A stretch of 64,000 nt of DNA from a virus (Duplodnaviria > Caudoviricetes): positions 160,001-224,000 of the IMG/VR virus record IMGVR_UViG_3300028048_000039, one strand, 5' to 3'. Below the pieces are notes generated by a model that worked only from the letters and a program-made list of their open reading frames with translations, made no database searches and was not told the origin of the DNA. A program made the translations under genes and the position numbers. Shown here one piece after another: positions 9,704 to 19,773 of this stretch (within the stretch, counting starts at the first letter, position 1; each line of letters begins with the position of its first letter).

Positions 9704-10459
9704 ATGAAGATAGAAGATTTCCATAATAAGATTTTTAATGAAGACTGTCTTGTTGGTATGAAAGATATACCTGACAAGTCAGTCAATCTTATATTAGTTG
9801 ATTTGCCTTATGGCATTACAGCAGCAAAGTGGGATAATGTTATTCCTATGGACTTACTTTGGGAAGAATACAAGAGAATCATAACTGACAATGGTGTAAT
9901 TTTGATTTTTGGGCAGGAACCATTTTCTTCTAAAGTTAGGACAAGCAACCTTGAAATGTATAAGTATGACATTATATGGAAAAAGCAAAAGCCTAGTAAT
10001 TTTCAACTTATGGGATACCAAATGGGGAGGGTAACTGAAAACATAATGGTATTTTCTAAAGCAAAAGCATGTTATACAAAGAACGGAGTAGCAATGACAT
10101 ATAATCCGCAACTAACCAAGCGAGATAAAGTTAGAAGGGCAAATGCCAAGATATATGGAAAGGCGGAAATGTTGCACGCATATAAGACTAACGATAACTT
10201 TAAAGAGTATGAATATAAGCAACCTATTAATGTAGTTGAATTTAATACTGTGGTAAAAAATAAAAAGCATCCAACAGAGAAACCAGTAAAGTTGCTTGAA
10301 TATCTCATCAAAACTTTTTCAAATGAAGGCGATGTTGTCCTAGATAGTTGTATGGGTGTTGGAAGCACTTGTGTAGCAGCAAAGAATTGTGGCAGAAATT
10401 ACATTGGCTATGAAATTAATGAAGATTACTTTAATGAAGCCGTAAAAAGATTAATATAA
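9704..10459 (+). CDS. orphan beta-class N4/N6 DNA methyltransferase
   Basis: N-terminal DLPY catalytic motif, HPTEKPVKL, C-terminal VLDSCMGVGST SAM-binding motif. Confidence 0.9.
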   Translation: MKIEDFHNKIFNEDCLVGMKDIPDKSVNLILVDLPYGITAAKWDNVIPMDLLWEEYKRIITDNGVILIFGQEPFSSKVRTSNLEMYKYDIIWKKQKPSNFQLMGYQMGRVTENIMVFSKAKACYTKNGVAMTYNPQLTKRDKVRRANAKIYGKAEMLHAYKTNDNFKEYEYKQPINVVEFNTVVKNKKHPTEKPVKLLEYLIKTFSNEGDVVLDSCMGVGSTCVAAKNCGRNYIGYEINEDYFNEAVKRLI

Positions 10460-10614
10460 TGAGTGTGAAGTATTTGGCAAGAAATAGTGTTTTATGCCAA
10501 AATTTAGTGAATCAGGTAGAAAAAATTGCAAAAACTTTCTACATGATTTTGTTTTATTTAGAAAGTTTTTGTATATTCGCACCAAAGGAACAACAAATAA
10601 AAATATATTATATT

Positions 10615-11481
10615 ATGTTTACGAAAGAAGATTATATGAAATTAGATAAGGAGAGATTGGCTGAACTCCTTGTTGAAAGGGATGCGGAAGATAAGAATAG
10701 GCAACCATTTGTCTTTCCTGAATTTCCTGCTACGCCACCAGTTAATCCTGTGAAGTATCCATATGGAACTCCACTTTGTCCGTATGGTGGTGCTTGTACC
10801 AATCCATTCCGTGATTGTGTGAATTGCCCAGGAGTGATTAGCACTGGTGGAGGTTATCAATGGCAGACTGACACAAAGACAACAAATGGTACTACATTTT
10901 CATGTTCCGTAAATGATGATGGAAATTTTAATTCATCAATGACAAGTCAGCCAAACAAGTACGGAACGATTACTCCTACTTCACAAGAAGAAGATTCCGA
11001 TAATGACACTTATGAGAAAGGTTATGAGAATGGTTGGGCAGATTGTCTTGAACAGGCAAAGGGCAATGTGAAAGATTGGATATACAATAAGGGGTTCCAT
11101 GATGGTGAGAAACAGGCAGAAGACAAGATGCAAGAACGCCTTGAAGAAGAATGGGCAAAAGGCAACGATGTCGGTTATGAAGATGGAGGAGATGATATGC
11201 TTATGCAGATGCCACATTGGAAGAAAGTTGATGAAGATTCAATTCTTGGAGAAGGCACAAGGGGTTGTATCAATGGCAATATCTATTGTGATGGTTGGTA
11301 TGTCACCCTCAATGAACTTGAGAAGAAACTGCCGAGAGATGAGGGAACTATCTATTGTGATAGTGTTCATATTGATTATATCAATGAAGAAGAAGGGCTT
11401 GAAGAAGATGATGAGAGCATTGCCGAAGGGTGTGATGAATGGAGCAAATTTTATAATAAATACAAGAACAAGAAGAAATGA
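10615..11481 (+). CDS. hypothetical protein with Cys cluster and GY/GF-x-x-G repeats
   Basis: start at ATG 10615 downstream of promoter at ~10567; CPYGGACTNPFRDCVNCP. Confidence 0.75.
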   Translation: MFTKEDYMKLDKERLAELLVERDAEDKNRQPFVFPEFPATPPVNPVKYPYGTPLCPYGGACTNPFRDCVNCPGVISTGGGYQWQTDTKTTNGTTFSCSVNDDGNFNSSMTSQPNKYGTITPTSQEEDSDNDTYEKGYENGWADCLEQAKGNVKDWIYNKGFHDGEKQAEDKMQERLEEEWAKGNDVGYEDGGDDMLMQMPHWKKVDEDSILGEGTRGCINGNIYCDGWYVTLNELEKKLPRDEGTIYCDSVHIDYINEEEGLEEDDESIAEGCDEWSKFYNKYKNKKK

Positions 11482-11696
11482 CAAAATTTATTTACATTAA
11501 GGATTTGGAAGGAGTGCATACCTATTGGGGTGCCGATGAACTCCTCATTGCAAAGGATGACATTGTAAGGGTTGAGAAAACCAAGAACAAGATTACCGTT
11601 GTCAATAAGAACGGCAGTGATATTACCTTGCATTCAGAAAACGAGGAAAAGATTAATGACCTGTGGGGAACTTTCCTGTGGGAGTTAGGAGATTAG
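11478..11696 (+). CDS. hypothetical protein
   Basis: ATGA overlap with upstream stop. Confidence 0.7.
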   Translation: MTKFIYIKDLEGVHTYWGADELLIAKDDIVRVEKTKNKITVVNKNGSDITLHSENEEKINDLWGTFLWELGD

Positions 11697-11700
11697 CGTT

Positions 11701-12321
11701 ATGACAATAGAAGAAGCAATAAGAGCAAGACTTGACAGGTTTAATAGACTGTGGCTTGCAGCAGAAGGGCATGCCTTTGAGGATGACCCAAGTGTAAAGA
11801 GAAAGAAATATGAGGAAGACATCAAGGAATGGAATGAGAAGATGCAGAAACGCTGTGAAGAACTCGGTTTCCATTCTGAAGATGACTATTATTGGTATAT
11901 GATTGATAAAAAGAATGACAATCCCGATTTCAAGATTGATGAGGAAATAACGAACCTTTGGCATACAAAACCAAACTACGATTCTCTTTATGACTACGAA
12001 ATACTCTGTATCAATGAGGGAAAAAAGATTGCTGAATTCGTTGCCAACCTTGATGGTGACACCCATAAGAATTGGGAAGAACTCTGTGGGGGAGAGAACC
12101 CATCCCTTTGGACTTTGGTGGAAAACATTAAGAAGAAAGGTTGTGATTTAGATGACGGGCATAGCGGAAACTCTATGGGAATGTCAGTTTTATTTGCCAA
12201 TTCATTGTTATTCAATAGAGATATATTTCCTTATTTACACGGAGCACTTGCACCTTTAGTTGGAGATAAGGGTTATCACGATGATAGGAAAGATATACCA
12301 AAGGAACTTATTAAGAAATGA
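11701..12321 (+). CDS. hypothetical phage protein
   Basis: ORF; GHSGNS and HGALAPLVG motifs. Confidence 0.8.
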   Translation: MTIEEAIRARLDRFNRLWLAAEGHAFEDDPSVKRKKYEEDIKEWNEKMQKRCEELGFHSEDDYYWYMIDKKNDNPDFKIDEEITNLWHTKPNYDSLYDYEILCINEGKKIAEFVANLDGDTHKNWEELCGGENPSLWTLVENIKKKGCDLDDGHSGNSMGMSVLFANSLLFNRDIFPYLHGALAPLVGDKGYHDDRKDIPKELIKK

Positions 12322-12484
12322 AACCATACGGAAGAGAAAAAACGATTAAGGGGGATACTTGGAAAACTGACTGCCATCCACGGAAAGGTTGGGCTAATTG
12401 GTGGGAAAAGATTGCTGAATGCATCCCAAGAAGCACAATGAAACAAAGAATGAAGAAAGAAATAGAAAAGGAGGAAGAATAAAG

Positions 12485-12715
12485 ATGAAAGGATTTTTCA
12501 GAAATAAATGGTTAAATCTGGCATACATAATCATATGTATCTTGATTATCGTGGTATATTATTGCTCAATTATCTTTGGATGGCTGAAGAATGAGCCAAA
12601 GGAGAAGCCGATAGTTAAGACAGAACTGTCCGCAGAAGATTCTTTAAGGGCAAAGATTGTTTTTGAGGATATTTGGGATTGCAACCTTAACTTTAATAAT
12701 GATGAAGATATCTAG
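12485..12715 (+). CDS. small membrane protein
   Basis: one hydrophobic helix; start at ATG 12485. Confidence 0.6.
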   Translation: MKGFFRNKWLNLAYIIICILIIVVYYCSIIFGWLKNEPKEKPIVKTELSAEDSLRAKIVFEDIWDCNLNFNNDEDI

Positions 12716-12718
12716 GAT

Positions 12719-12898
12719 ATGGAACTAGAATTGGAAACTACCGGCACAATAATTCACTCTGATGAGGGTGACGGAAAGCCATGGGAAAGGTTTTGTCTGG
12801 AGATGGATTTCAAAGATGGCAAGGAAGAGTGGGAAAAACTCAAGGAAGCCGGCTTCAAGGAAGGTGATAAGGTGAGGATAAAGATAGAAAAATCTTGA
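12719..12898 (+). CDS. small hypothetical protein (59 aa, not in ORF track)
   Basis: MELELETTG...KEGDKVRIKIEKS, in-frame and packed. Confidence 0.55.
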   Translation: MELELETTGTIIHSDEGDGKPWERFCLEMDFKDGKEEWEKLKEAGFKEGDKVRIKIEKS

Positions 12899-12929
12899 CA
12901 AATTTTCAAGATTGGTTATATTTATAGAA

Positions 12930-13056
12930 AGAAGAACCCGCAGCCGTTATCTACGGGGGACTCGTGACGTTAAGGATAAAATGTCCTTAAGCCACTGATA
13001 AGTAAAAATTCATTAAAAATGGAAGCCGCAGGTTTTATTTCCTGCGGTTTTCTTTT
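12930..13056 (+). ncRNA. candidate small structured RNA ending in an intrinsic terminator
   Basis: promoter-like TTGACA..TATATTTA upstream; hairpins CCCGCAG/CTACGGG and TTAAGGA/TCCTTAA; terminator GCCGCAGG/CCTGCGGT+T-run. Confidence 0.4.
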
Positions 13057-13109
13057 GAGGTTATTGGGGGCAACATGTATATAGTTCCCAAAAAATAAAA
13101 CCGTAGAAT

Positions 13110-13511
13110 TTAATCTACGGTTTTTTCGTATTTAATGACGTTTGAACAAATTCCGTCGCATTCTCGGAAGGTACCTTCAATTATTTCACTCCCCTCAGGT
13201 ATTAAGCAGGAAACAACGATGTACTTAAACTTCTCGTCCTTATTCTCCTTATTATACTTTTCAGCATTGGCTATTGCATCTTCCTTCTTCTTGAATGAAT
13301 GGAACGCATTTCCTCTAATAAGGAAGTCACCATTCTTGAGAACTTTCTTTTCCATTTCCTCTCCGGTATGATATTCCTTCCCCAGTGATACCAGCATCAT
13401 ATGAAACGGTGCTGAGTAGATTTTATCACCATGGTCCCGGAGCACCTTGTAACAGGTTATTTCCTTCTTTGCTTTCTTAAATCTCGTCTTTCCTTCAACT
13501 TTTAAACACAT
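13110..13511 (-). CDS. MCL/GFHSF family protein (copy 7, divergent, opposite strand)
   Basis: MCLKV..ITCYKV..AFHSF..CLIPEG. Confidence 0.8.
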   Translation of the reverse strand: MCLKVEGKTRFKKAKKEITCYKVLRDHGDKIYSAPFHMMLVSLGKEYHTGEEMEKKVLKNGDFLIRGNAFHSFKKKEDAIANAEKYNKENKDEKFKYIVVSCLIPEGSEIIEGTFRECDGICSNVIKYEKTVD

Positions 13512-13945
13512 AGTTTTTTTCCTTCATGAATTATTTTGTAAATTTGTTTCCCGACATGAATTGCTGCCATTTGTTTGGCTGATTTAGGGGAAAAGTCTTT
13601 TTCAACACGATTATAAAGATATTCTTTTTCCAATTCGGGAATTATATATTCTATGAATTTCTCTGGATTCTGTAATTTTGCATACTGAACGTTATATTGG
13701 TTCTCTGAATTGAAAAGAACCAAAAGAACTTCAAAAGCCGCAGCCACATATTTTTCATTGCCTTCCATAAGCGACTTATCCACAATTTCTTTCTCGATAA
13801 GATAATTACCGACGACAAGGCAGTTATATGATAAGACTTTAAAGTCTTCAGTCGTATAGTCATTTGTAAGGTACGCCCCATACTTGTCTTCCCATATTTT
13901 AGCCACTTTGTCTATATCTTCTTTAATATTATCCATACATCGCAA
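13502..13945 (-). CDS. hypothetical protein, paralog of 25093-25470 and 25467-25850
   Basis: shared 'P/M-E/R-KFI-E/T-Y/W' block. Confidence 0.75.
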   Translation of the reverse strand: MRCMDNIKEDIDKVAKIWEDKYGAYLTNDYTTEDFKVLSYNCLVVGNYLIEKEIVDKSLMEGNEKYVAAAFEVLLVLFNSENQYNVQYAKLQNPEKFIEYIIPELEKEYLYNRVEKDFSPKSAKQMAAIHVGKQIYKIIHEGKKLCV

Positions 13946-14033
13946 ATATACAAAAATTTCTTGAAATTAAAAAGTTATTCCCGTTTTTTTTGTTTTCTCG
14001 TTTCTTTTTTGTATATTTGCATTAATCAAATAA

Positions 14034-14615
14034 ATGCATATGATAGACGTAATTAAGACTGACATTGAAGATGTTGTAATAATTGAACCAAAAGTATTTG
14101 GCGATGAGAGGGGTTACTTCCTCGAAAGCTGGAATGAGAGTGACTTCAATAAGTTCGTAAGGTCAGTAAATTTCGTACAGGATAATGAGAGCAAGAGTTG
14201 TTATGGCGTGTTAAGGGGCCTTCATTTTCAGAAAGGTAATTCAGCACAGAGCAAGCTCGTTAGGGTTATTCGTGGAAAGGTAATTGATGTTGCGGTTGAC
14301 ATTAGGAGAGGTTCCCCAACATTTGGAAAGCACGTAGCCGTTGAATTGACGGAAGATAATCACAGGCAGTTATTCATTCCTCGTGGATTTGCTCATGGTT
14401 TTGTCGTCCTAAGCGATGAAGCAGTATTCCAATATAAGTGTGACCGCCTTTACAATCCATGGGCTGAAGGCGCAATTGCCTGGAATGACCCGGCATTGGA
14501 AATTGACTGGAAGATACCGGCTGAGGATGTCATTCTCTCAGAGAAGGATAAGAAACATCCATTACTCTCAGAGGCACCAGAATTGTTTGATTACAACATT
14601 GATTACTATGCTTAG
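14034..14615 (+). CDS. rmlC: dTDP-4-dehydrorhamnose 3,5-epimerase
   Basis: FGDERGYF, QDNES, VLRGLHFQ, VAVDIR.GSPTFG, FIPRGFAHGF motifs. Confidence 0.95.
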   Translation: MHMIDVIKTDIEDVVIIEPKVFGDERGYFLESWNESDFNKFVRSVNFVQDNESKSCYGVLRGLHFQKGNSAQSKLVRVIRGKVIDVAVDIRRGSPTFGKHVAVELTEDNHRQLFIPRGFAHGFVVLSDEAVFQYKCDRLYNPWAEGAIAWNDPALEIDWKIPAEDVILSEKDKKHPLLSEAPELFDYNIDYYA

Positions 14616-14650
14616 TGATTTATTGAGAATTTTTTTGTATATTTGACAAT

Positions 14651-14944
14651 ATGAAACGAATAATCTTTTGGAATTGCAGTGACTATGAATATGTTATCCT
14701 TGATGATGATTGTGATATGCTCTATGGGCAGAAAGACAACTTCGTTAGGACTGATATTAAGGTAGGACTGACAGATGCTGACATTGAAAAAGTTAAGGAA
14801 ATTCTCAAGATAGAAAATAAAGAGAAAGTGGATTTTGAAGAAGGTGCAAAGGCACTTGTTGATTTTGAAAGGAAACTTCGGGAGTCACAGATAGATGATG
14901 GTCTGCATCTTTCCGAAGAAGATTTATGGGAACTATTAGATTAA
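14651..14944 (+). CDS. truncated HAD-like (Swiss-Army-knife type) domain protein
   Basis: YVILDDDCDML..Q..NFV.TD...GLT resembles the C-terminal half of that family; N-terminal DxD motif absent. Confidence 0.5.
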   Translation: MKRIIFWNCSDYEYVILDDDCDMLYGQKDNFVRTDIKVGLTDADIEKVKEILKIENKEKVDFEEGAKALVDFERKLRESQIDDGLHLSEEDLWELLD

Positions 14945-14950
14945 GATATT

Positions 14951-15268
14951 ATGAAAGTTAAGATTACACTAATCAATACAACAAAAGACAAGCAAGGCAT
15001 CAAGGAACTTAAAGAGTGCAAGACATCAATTGAAAGTGGTGAGTTCTTTGACTATATAGAGGATTATTTTAATGCCAACGCCACTTATGAAGAGATTGGT
15101 AATGAAAGACAATTCAAGACAAGGATTACGATTATTGCCGAAACAGATACACCCGAAGGCATTGAAAAACTGATGGAGATAAAGAACAGCATCCTGTCAG
15201 GAGAAGTGCAGAGAAAGAACGATTGGAAGATAAAAACAAAGGCAACATTTGAATATATTAAAAAGTAA
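14951..15268 (+). CDS. hypothetical protein with two internal repeats
   Basis: 'GIKELKECKTSIESGE' / 'GIEKLMEIKNSILSGE'. Confidence 0.7.
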   Translation: MKVKITLINTTKDKQGIKELKECKTSIESGEFFDYIEDYFNANATYEEIGNERQFKTRITIIAETDTPEGIEKLMEIKNSILSGEVQRKNDWKIKTKATFEYIKK

Positions 15269-15279
15269 AAAGATATACT

Positions 15280-15852
15280 ATGGATTTAATTGAAACATCA
15301 TTTGGAAAAAAAGACAGTGAACTCCAAAATTGGACTTACAATATCCCCGAAGGATATGAAGCAATTATTGAAGGGAATAAGGTAATCGTTAGGAAGAAAG
15401 GCCCTATATTCACTCCTTTTGAACAGAAGTTGAAGGAGATTGTGGATTCTTATAATGATGGTGGTGCGATAACTGATAAAGGTGTTGTTTATTATGCTAA
15501 TCAACTCCTTGCCATCGCAAAAAAAGAATTTGAGGAAGAATTAAAGGATAAGCAGGAGTTGAGTTCAGAAGTCATCAAGAAAGTGGAGAAAGATGCAGAA
15601 GAAAAATTCTTGAAAGACAATATTACCGAAGATATGATTTCAGAAGAAGTTGCTTCCCGACTCCAAAAGTGCGGATGGTATGTGAGAGAAAGAAATGATT
15701 TTCCTATTTGGAAGAAGATACCATTGGGATTCGTCAGTTATCAGCATCATATGGAACCAACCCTTGTCGGACTTGATGAGATTGTCTATAAGGGTTATAT
15801 ACTTGACAAGAATGAGTTTAGCAAACTGAAGAATTTACCTTTTGATTATTAA
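15280..15852 (+). CDS. hypothetical protein
   Basis: ORF. Confidence 0.75.
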   Translation: MDLIETSFGKKDSELQNWTYNIPEGYEAIIEGNKVIVRKKGPIFTPFEQKLKEIVDSYNDGGAITDKGVVYYANQLLAIAKKEFEEELKDKQELSSEVIKKVEKDAEEKFLKDNITEDMISEEVASRLQKCGWYVRERNDFPIWKKIPLGFVSYQHHMEPTLVGLDEIVYKGYILDKNEFSKLKNLPFDY

Positions 15853-15856
15853 GAAT

Positions 15857-16021
15857 ATGATTGAAGTTATAAAACACGGAAAATATGTTACAGGGTTAGA
15901 ATGCTCTTATTGTGGTTGCATGTTTACCTATAATAGAAATGGTGATGATACGGAGTTGGATGATGAAAGTAATGAATTTCTCTATTGTCCTGAATGCCAC
16001 AAGAAGATAATTGTGAGATAA
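15857..16021 (+). CDS. small zinc-ribbon protein (not in ORF track)
   Basis: MIEVIKHG..CSYCGC...CPEC. Confidence 0.65.
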   Translation: MIEVIKHGKYVTGLECSYCGCMFTYNRNGDDTELDDESNEFLYCPECHKKIIVR

Positions 16022-16027
16022 GTAAAT

Positions 16028-16795
16028 ATGGCAACAATAGGCAAGAAAGACAAGTTCAAGTTCACTGAAGAGTTTATTCAGAAAGCCCTGTCAAGGTGGT
16101 ACTTTTCTCCAAACAGTGTGAAGTACGACATTGACGGGCTCTATGTCTTTAATGATTGGGAGAGTGACAAGATACTTGAAACAAAGTCTGGATACATCTA
16201 TGAGTTTGAGATAAAGGTTTCAAGGGCAGATTTCAAGAATGACTTCAAGCATAAGAAAGAGAAGTATGACAAGTTCAACTTAATCCTTGAAGGGAAAGAA
16301 GATGTCCTTGCCCCAAACTATTTCTCCTATGCCTGCCCAGAGAACTTAATCAGTGAGGAAGAAATACCATCATATGCAGGACTTGTCTATGTCACCGAAG
16401 GCGGAACAATAAAGTATATTAAGAGTCCTACTCTTCTCCATAAGAAGAAGATACTGGATGCTGAACTCAACCTAACGGAGAAGTTCTACTACAACATGGT
16501 TAATTGGAAGAAAAAGGCGCATGACAACCACGAACTCTTGTTAGAGGAAGTAGGATTAAGGGAAGAAAGAAAGAAGATTCCTTATGCCGTTTTAAAGGCA
16601 GAGAATGAAGAGTTGAAAAAGAAATATGAAAGCATCTTTACTGCATATACGATGGTCAATCAGAACTCAATAGAGAACCATCGTTATAATATGCGGTTTG
16701 AGAATCGGTTGTGGGAGAAGTTGAAAGAGGTGTGCCCAGACTTTGACTTGCAGAAGTTTAGGAAAGAATTTGATGATGAGTTTTTTGGAGATTAA
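16028..16795 (+). CDS. PD-(D/E)xK nuclease-like protein (MmcB-like)
   Basis: ESD...YEFEIKVSRADFKND motif, NYFSYACP. Confidence 0.7.
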   Translation: MATIGKKDKFKFTEEFIQKALSRWYFSPNSVKYDIDGLYVFNDWESDKILETKSGYIYEFEIKVSRADFKNDFKHKKEKYDKFNLILEGKEDVLAPNYFSYACPENLISEEEIPSYAGLVYVTEGGTIKYIKSPTLLHKKKILDAELNLTEKFYYNMVNWKKKAHDNHELLLEEVGLREERKKIPYAVLKAENEELKKKYESIFTAYTMVNQNSIENHRYNMRFENRLWEKLKEVCPDFDLQKFRKEFDDEFFGD

Positions 16796-16831
16796 GAAGA
16801 AAATTTGTATATTTGTAGAAAATTAGGTGTT

Positions 16832-17551
16832 ATGAAGAAATATAAGAATACGGATTCGGATTACAGTTTATTTCCAAACTTGGATGCAGAACAAAAATCT
16901 AATAAGGTTGAAGAAGCATTAGAAGTAATTCGGAAAAAATTAGAAGGAAAACAAACTAAAATGCAGATTAATGATATTAACGATGGGAGGATAAAAAGTT
17001 CTTTTTTAGAGAAAAAGATTCTTCCATTTGTTAAAGAAATTTGTGAGGGAAATAATCTTCCTTATGAAGAAGCAAAAGATAGAGACTTCTGTGATTTTTA
17101 TCTTTATGGTAAACCAGTGAATCTTAAAGTTTCGGCATTGGACGGTGCTGACAATGTTTGTGGGTTGGCGGGCATAGCGTATGCTTTCACTGGCATAAAA
17201 TGCAAAAAGGAAAGTGAAGCAATTAAAATACTTAGTGATTTTGTCGAAAACAATAAAGAAGGTAATCCTGAGAGTGATTATTATTTTTTAATAGTGGCGA
17301 AAGAAAACTTTTTAGGAGATATTTATCCAATACGAGATGTTTTTTATACCTCAGTAAAGCAATTAGCAAATGTTACGCCAAATCCTAGTAATCCACCATT
17401 TCAATGCCATTGGAATAAGAATCGTAATCGAGTAAGACGGACATTTGAAGAGGCAAGAAAATTTATATTTCCAAAAATATCAGAAAGTTATGCCAAGGGT
17501 ATAGCCAAAAAAATAAACATTAAAGAGTTAATGGACGAATGCGGAAAATAA
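16832..17551 (+). CDS. putative type II restriction endonuclease
   Basis: D-FYL..PVNLK (PD-(D/E)xK-like); overlaps downstream methyltransferase; start at ATG 16832 after promoter. Confidence 0.6.
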   Translation: MKKYKNTDSDYSLFPNLDAEQKSNKVEEALEVIRKKLEGKQTKMQINDINDGRIKSSFLEKKILPFVKEICEGNNLPYEEAKDRDFCDFYLYGKPVNLKVSALDGADNVCGLAGIAYAFTGIKCKKESEAIKILSDFVENNKEGNPESDYYFLIVAKENFLGDIYPIRDVFYTSVKQLANVTPNPSNPPFQCHWNKNRNRVRRTFEEARKFIFPKISESYAKGIAKKINIKELMDECGK

Positions 17552-18711
17552 AAGAATTGGGACAGGTTTTTACGGATGCAGCAATCGTAGATGAAATGCT
17601 CTCCTTGAGACAAAATCAAGGAAGGATACTAGAGCCATCGTGTGGTGATGGTGCATTCTTCAATAAAATACCGAATTGTGTTGGGATAGAACTTGATAGT
17701 GAGATATGTCCTAAGGGGGCAATTTGTATGGATTTTTTTGATTATCCATTAGATGAGAAGTTTGACACGATTATTGGTAATCCTCCATATGTACAGCATA
17801 AATATATTGGACAAGAAACAAAAAGCAAACTTGATATGACATTGTTCAATGAAAAAACGAATTTGTACTTGTTCTTTATTAAAAAATGCGTTGACCATCT
17901 TAATCCGAATGGAGAACTTATTTTTATAGTTCCAAGAGAATTACAAAAAGCAACTTCTGCAACGAAGTTGAACCATTTTCTTTTCGATAATGGTTCATTT
18001 ACATATTTTAGAGAAACTGGTGACGATAAGATTTTTAAAGATGCTTGTCTTAATTGTGTGATATTTAGGTATGTGAAGGGAGACCTATCCCACAAACTTG
18101 ATGACGGAAGAATTTTCAATATAGTTGGTGGTAATATTGTGTTTTCTAAACAAATTGAAAGCGGTATTACCTTACAGGATGTGGCGACAGTAAAGGTTGG
18201 GGAAGTAAGTGGTTGTGATGAGATTTTTGTAAATAATGAATATGGAAATAAGGAATTTGTGTGGTCACAAACAAGGGTTAATGGTACAACAAGGCGAATG
18301 ATATATGAACTACAAATTCCATATCTTAATCAGTTTAAAGATAAACTATTGTCACGAAAGGCAAAAGTTTATACTGAAGATAATTGGTGGACTTGGGTAA
18401 GAACAAATAAGATAGGAAATGAACCTCGTGTATATGTCAATAACAAAACCAGGGTTTCTAAACCATTTTTTACTCATCCTTGTAATAATTTTGATGGTTC
18501 TGTGCTTGGTATATTCCCTAAAAATACATTAATAGACTTAGAGGAATTTAAGGACATGCTTAATGATATTGACTGGGAAAAAATAGGATTTAAGGCTGGA
18601 GAGAGATACCTTTTTTCCCAAAAGAGTTTATCTAACGCACCGCTACCTAATTCGTTTAAAAAATTTTTGCCAAAGGAGAAGGAACTATCGCAACTATCAT
18701 TTGATTTTTAA
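17539..18711 (+). CDS. gamma-class N6-adenine DNA methyltransferase (Eco57I/TaqI-like)
   Basis: GQVFT, ILEPSCGDGAF (motif I), IIGNPPY (motif IV). Confidence 0.9.
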   Translation: MRKIKELGQVFTDAAIVDEMLSLRQNQGRILEPSCGDGAFFNKIPNCVGIELDSEICPKGAICMDFFDYPLDEKFDTIIGNPPYVQHKYIGQETKSKLDMTLFNEKTNLYLFFIKKCVDHLNPNGELIFIVPRELQKATSATKLNHFLFDNGSFTYFRETGDDKIFKDACLNCVIFRYVKGDLSHKLDDGRIFNIVGGNIVFSKQIESGITLQDVATVKVGEVSGCDEIFVNNEYGNKEFVWSQTRVNGTTRRMIYELQIPYLNQFKDKLLSRKAKVYTEDNWWTWVRTNKIGNEPRVYVNNKTRVSKPFFTHPCNNFDGSVLGIFPKNTLIDLEEFKDMLNDIDWEKIGFKAGERYLFSQKSLSNAPLPNSFKKFLPKEKELSQLSFDF

Positions 18712-19015
18712 AATTAAGTATATTATGGATTATAGTTTGAATGAGAGTTTTATCTGTAATAGATGCAGAAATCTCTGTAAGGGTCCTTGTGATGGGCTGG
18801 TCCAGGAAATAATGGAAGGTCACATTACAGCAGAGAACCAGGATTTGGTTGGAAGAAAACAGAGGATTGTATGTCTTGGAAAATACTGCGAGAACCCTTG
18901 CAGCGAGCAGGACCTTACACAATATTCTGAAGTAGATTTAACACCGTTCCTCAACCTTATAAAATACTTAGGAAACAAGTGTAATGAATTAATAGAAGAA
19001 AAAAACAAGAAATAG
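18701..19015 (+). CDS. Cys-rich hypothetical protein
   Basis: ORF with CxxCxxxCxxxC. Confidence 0.65.
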   Translation: MIFKIKYIMDYSLNESFICNRCRNLCKGPCDGLVQEIMEGHITAENQDLVGRKQRIVCLGKYCENPCSEQDLTQYSEVDLTPFLNLIKYLGNKCNELIEEKNKK

Positions 19016-19017
19016 TT

Positions 19018-19743
19018 ATGAGTGTAAGTTTATATTGTTATTTGGAAGTAAAGGACAAGAAAGGAAAGTGGCACCTCGTTAAGACATTTGGGAATAAGAA
19101 GTTCGATGACTCGCCGAAGGATGAGAATGAACAGGAAGTGTCAGTTGGCGGAGAAGAATATAGAACAACCAATGAATGGTCCCCAGGACTTGCTTGGAGA
19201 GATGAATTGTATCACGGTGTGTATCACGGTGAGTTCGGAACCAAGGGTCTTCCCGGTGACATCAGTCCAGAATTGTTTGAACTGATTGAAGGCGAGAGAC
19301 TTTCAGCGCTTGAGAATTGGAAGAAGAGTAAGGAAGAAGGAAAGATATGGGGTAGCGAAAGTTGGTATGAGCAGGAAAACTATCATGGGAGATATGCATA
19401 TGCCATTCTTAAGGACATGTTTGCCATATGTGAGGAAAAGGAGAAGGAATGGAGAAAGACTACGATTGATAGAATTAAGAAATTGAGAGAAGACGGCATC
19501 ACGAAAAAGCTCGACTGGATTATCGAGAAACTTTCCAATCCTGAGAAGAAACAGAAGGCAATTAACGAAGAAAAAGAGGAAGGAGACTACGAAGAAACAC
19601 TTAACTACTATTTAGATGAATGGTTATGGGAAGTAATTTCACTCTACAGAGAGACCTGGATGCTTAAAGACCTTGCTGAAGCATACACAGGTGACGATTG
19701 GTTTGATAGTAAAAATGTGAGAGTGATTTACCATACCTATTAA
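19018..19743 (+). CDS. hypothetical phage protein
   Basis: ORF; KGLPGDIS motif. Confidence 0.8.
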   Translation: MSVSLYCYLEVKDKKGKWHLVKTFGNKKFDDSPKDENEQEVSVGGEEYRTTNEWSPGLAWRDELYHGVYHGEFGTKGLPGDISPELFELIEGERLSALENWKKSKEEGKIWGSESWYEQENYHGRYAYAILKDMFAICEEKEKEWRKTTIDRIKKLREDGITKKLDWIIEKLSNPEKKQKAINEEKEEGDYEETLNYYLDEWLWEVISLYRETWMLKDLAEAYTGDDWFDSKNVRVIYHTY

Positions 19744-19773
19744 TAATAATAAATAAAAAAAGGAATAATTGAC

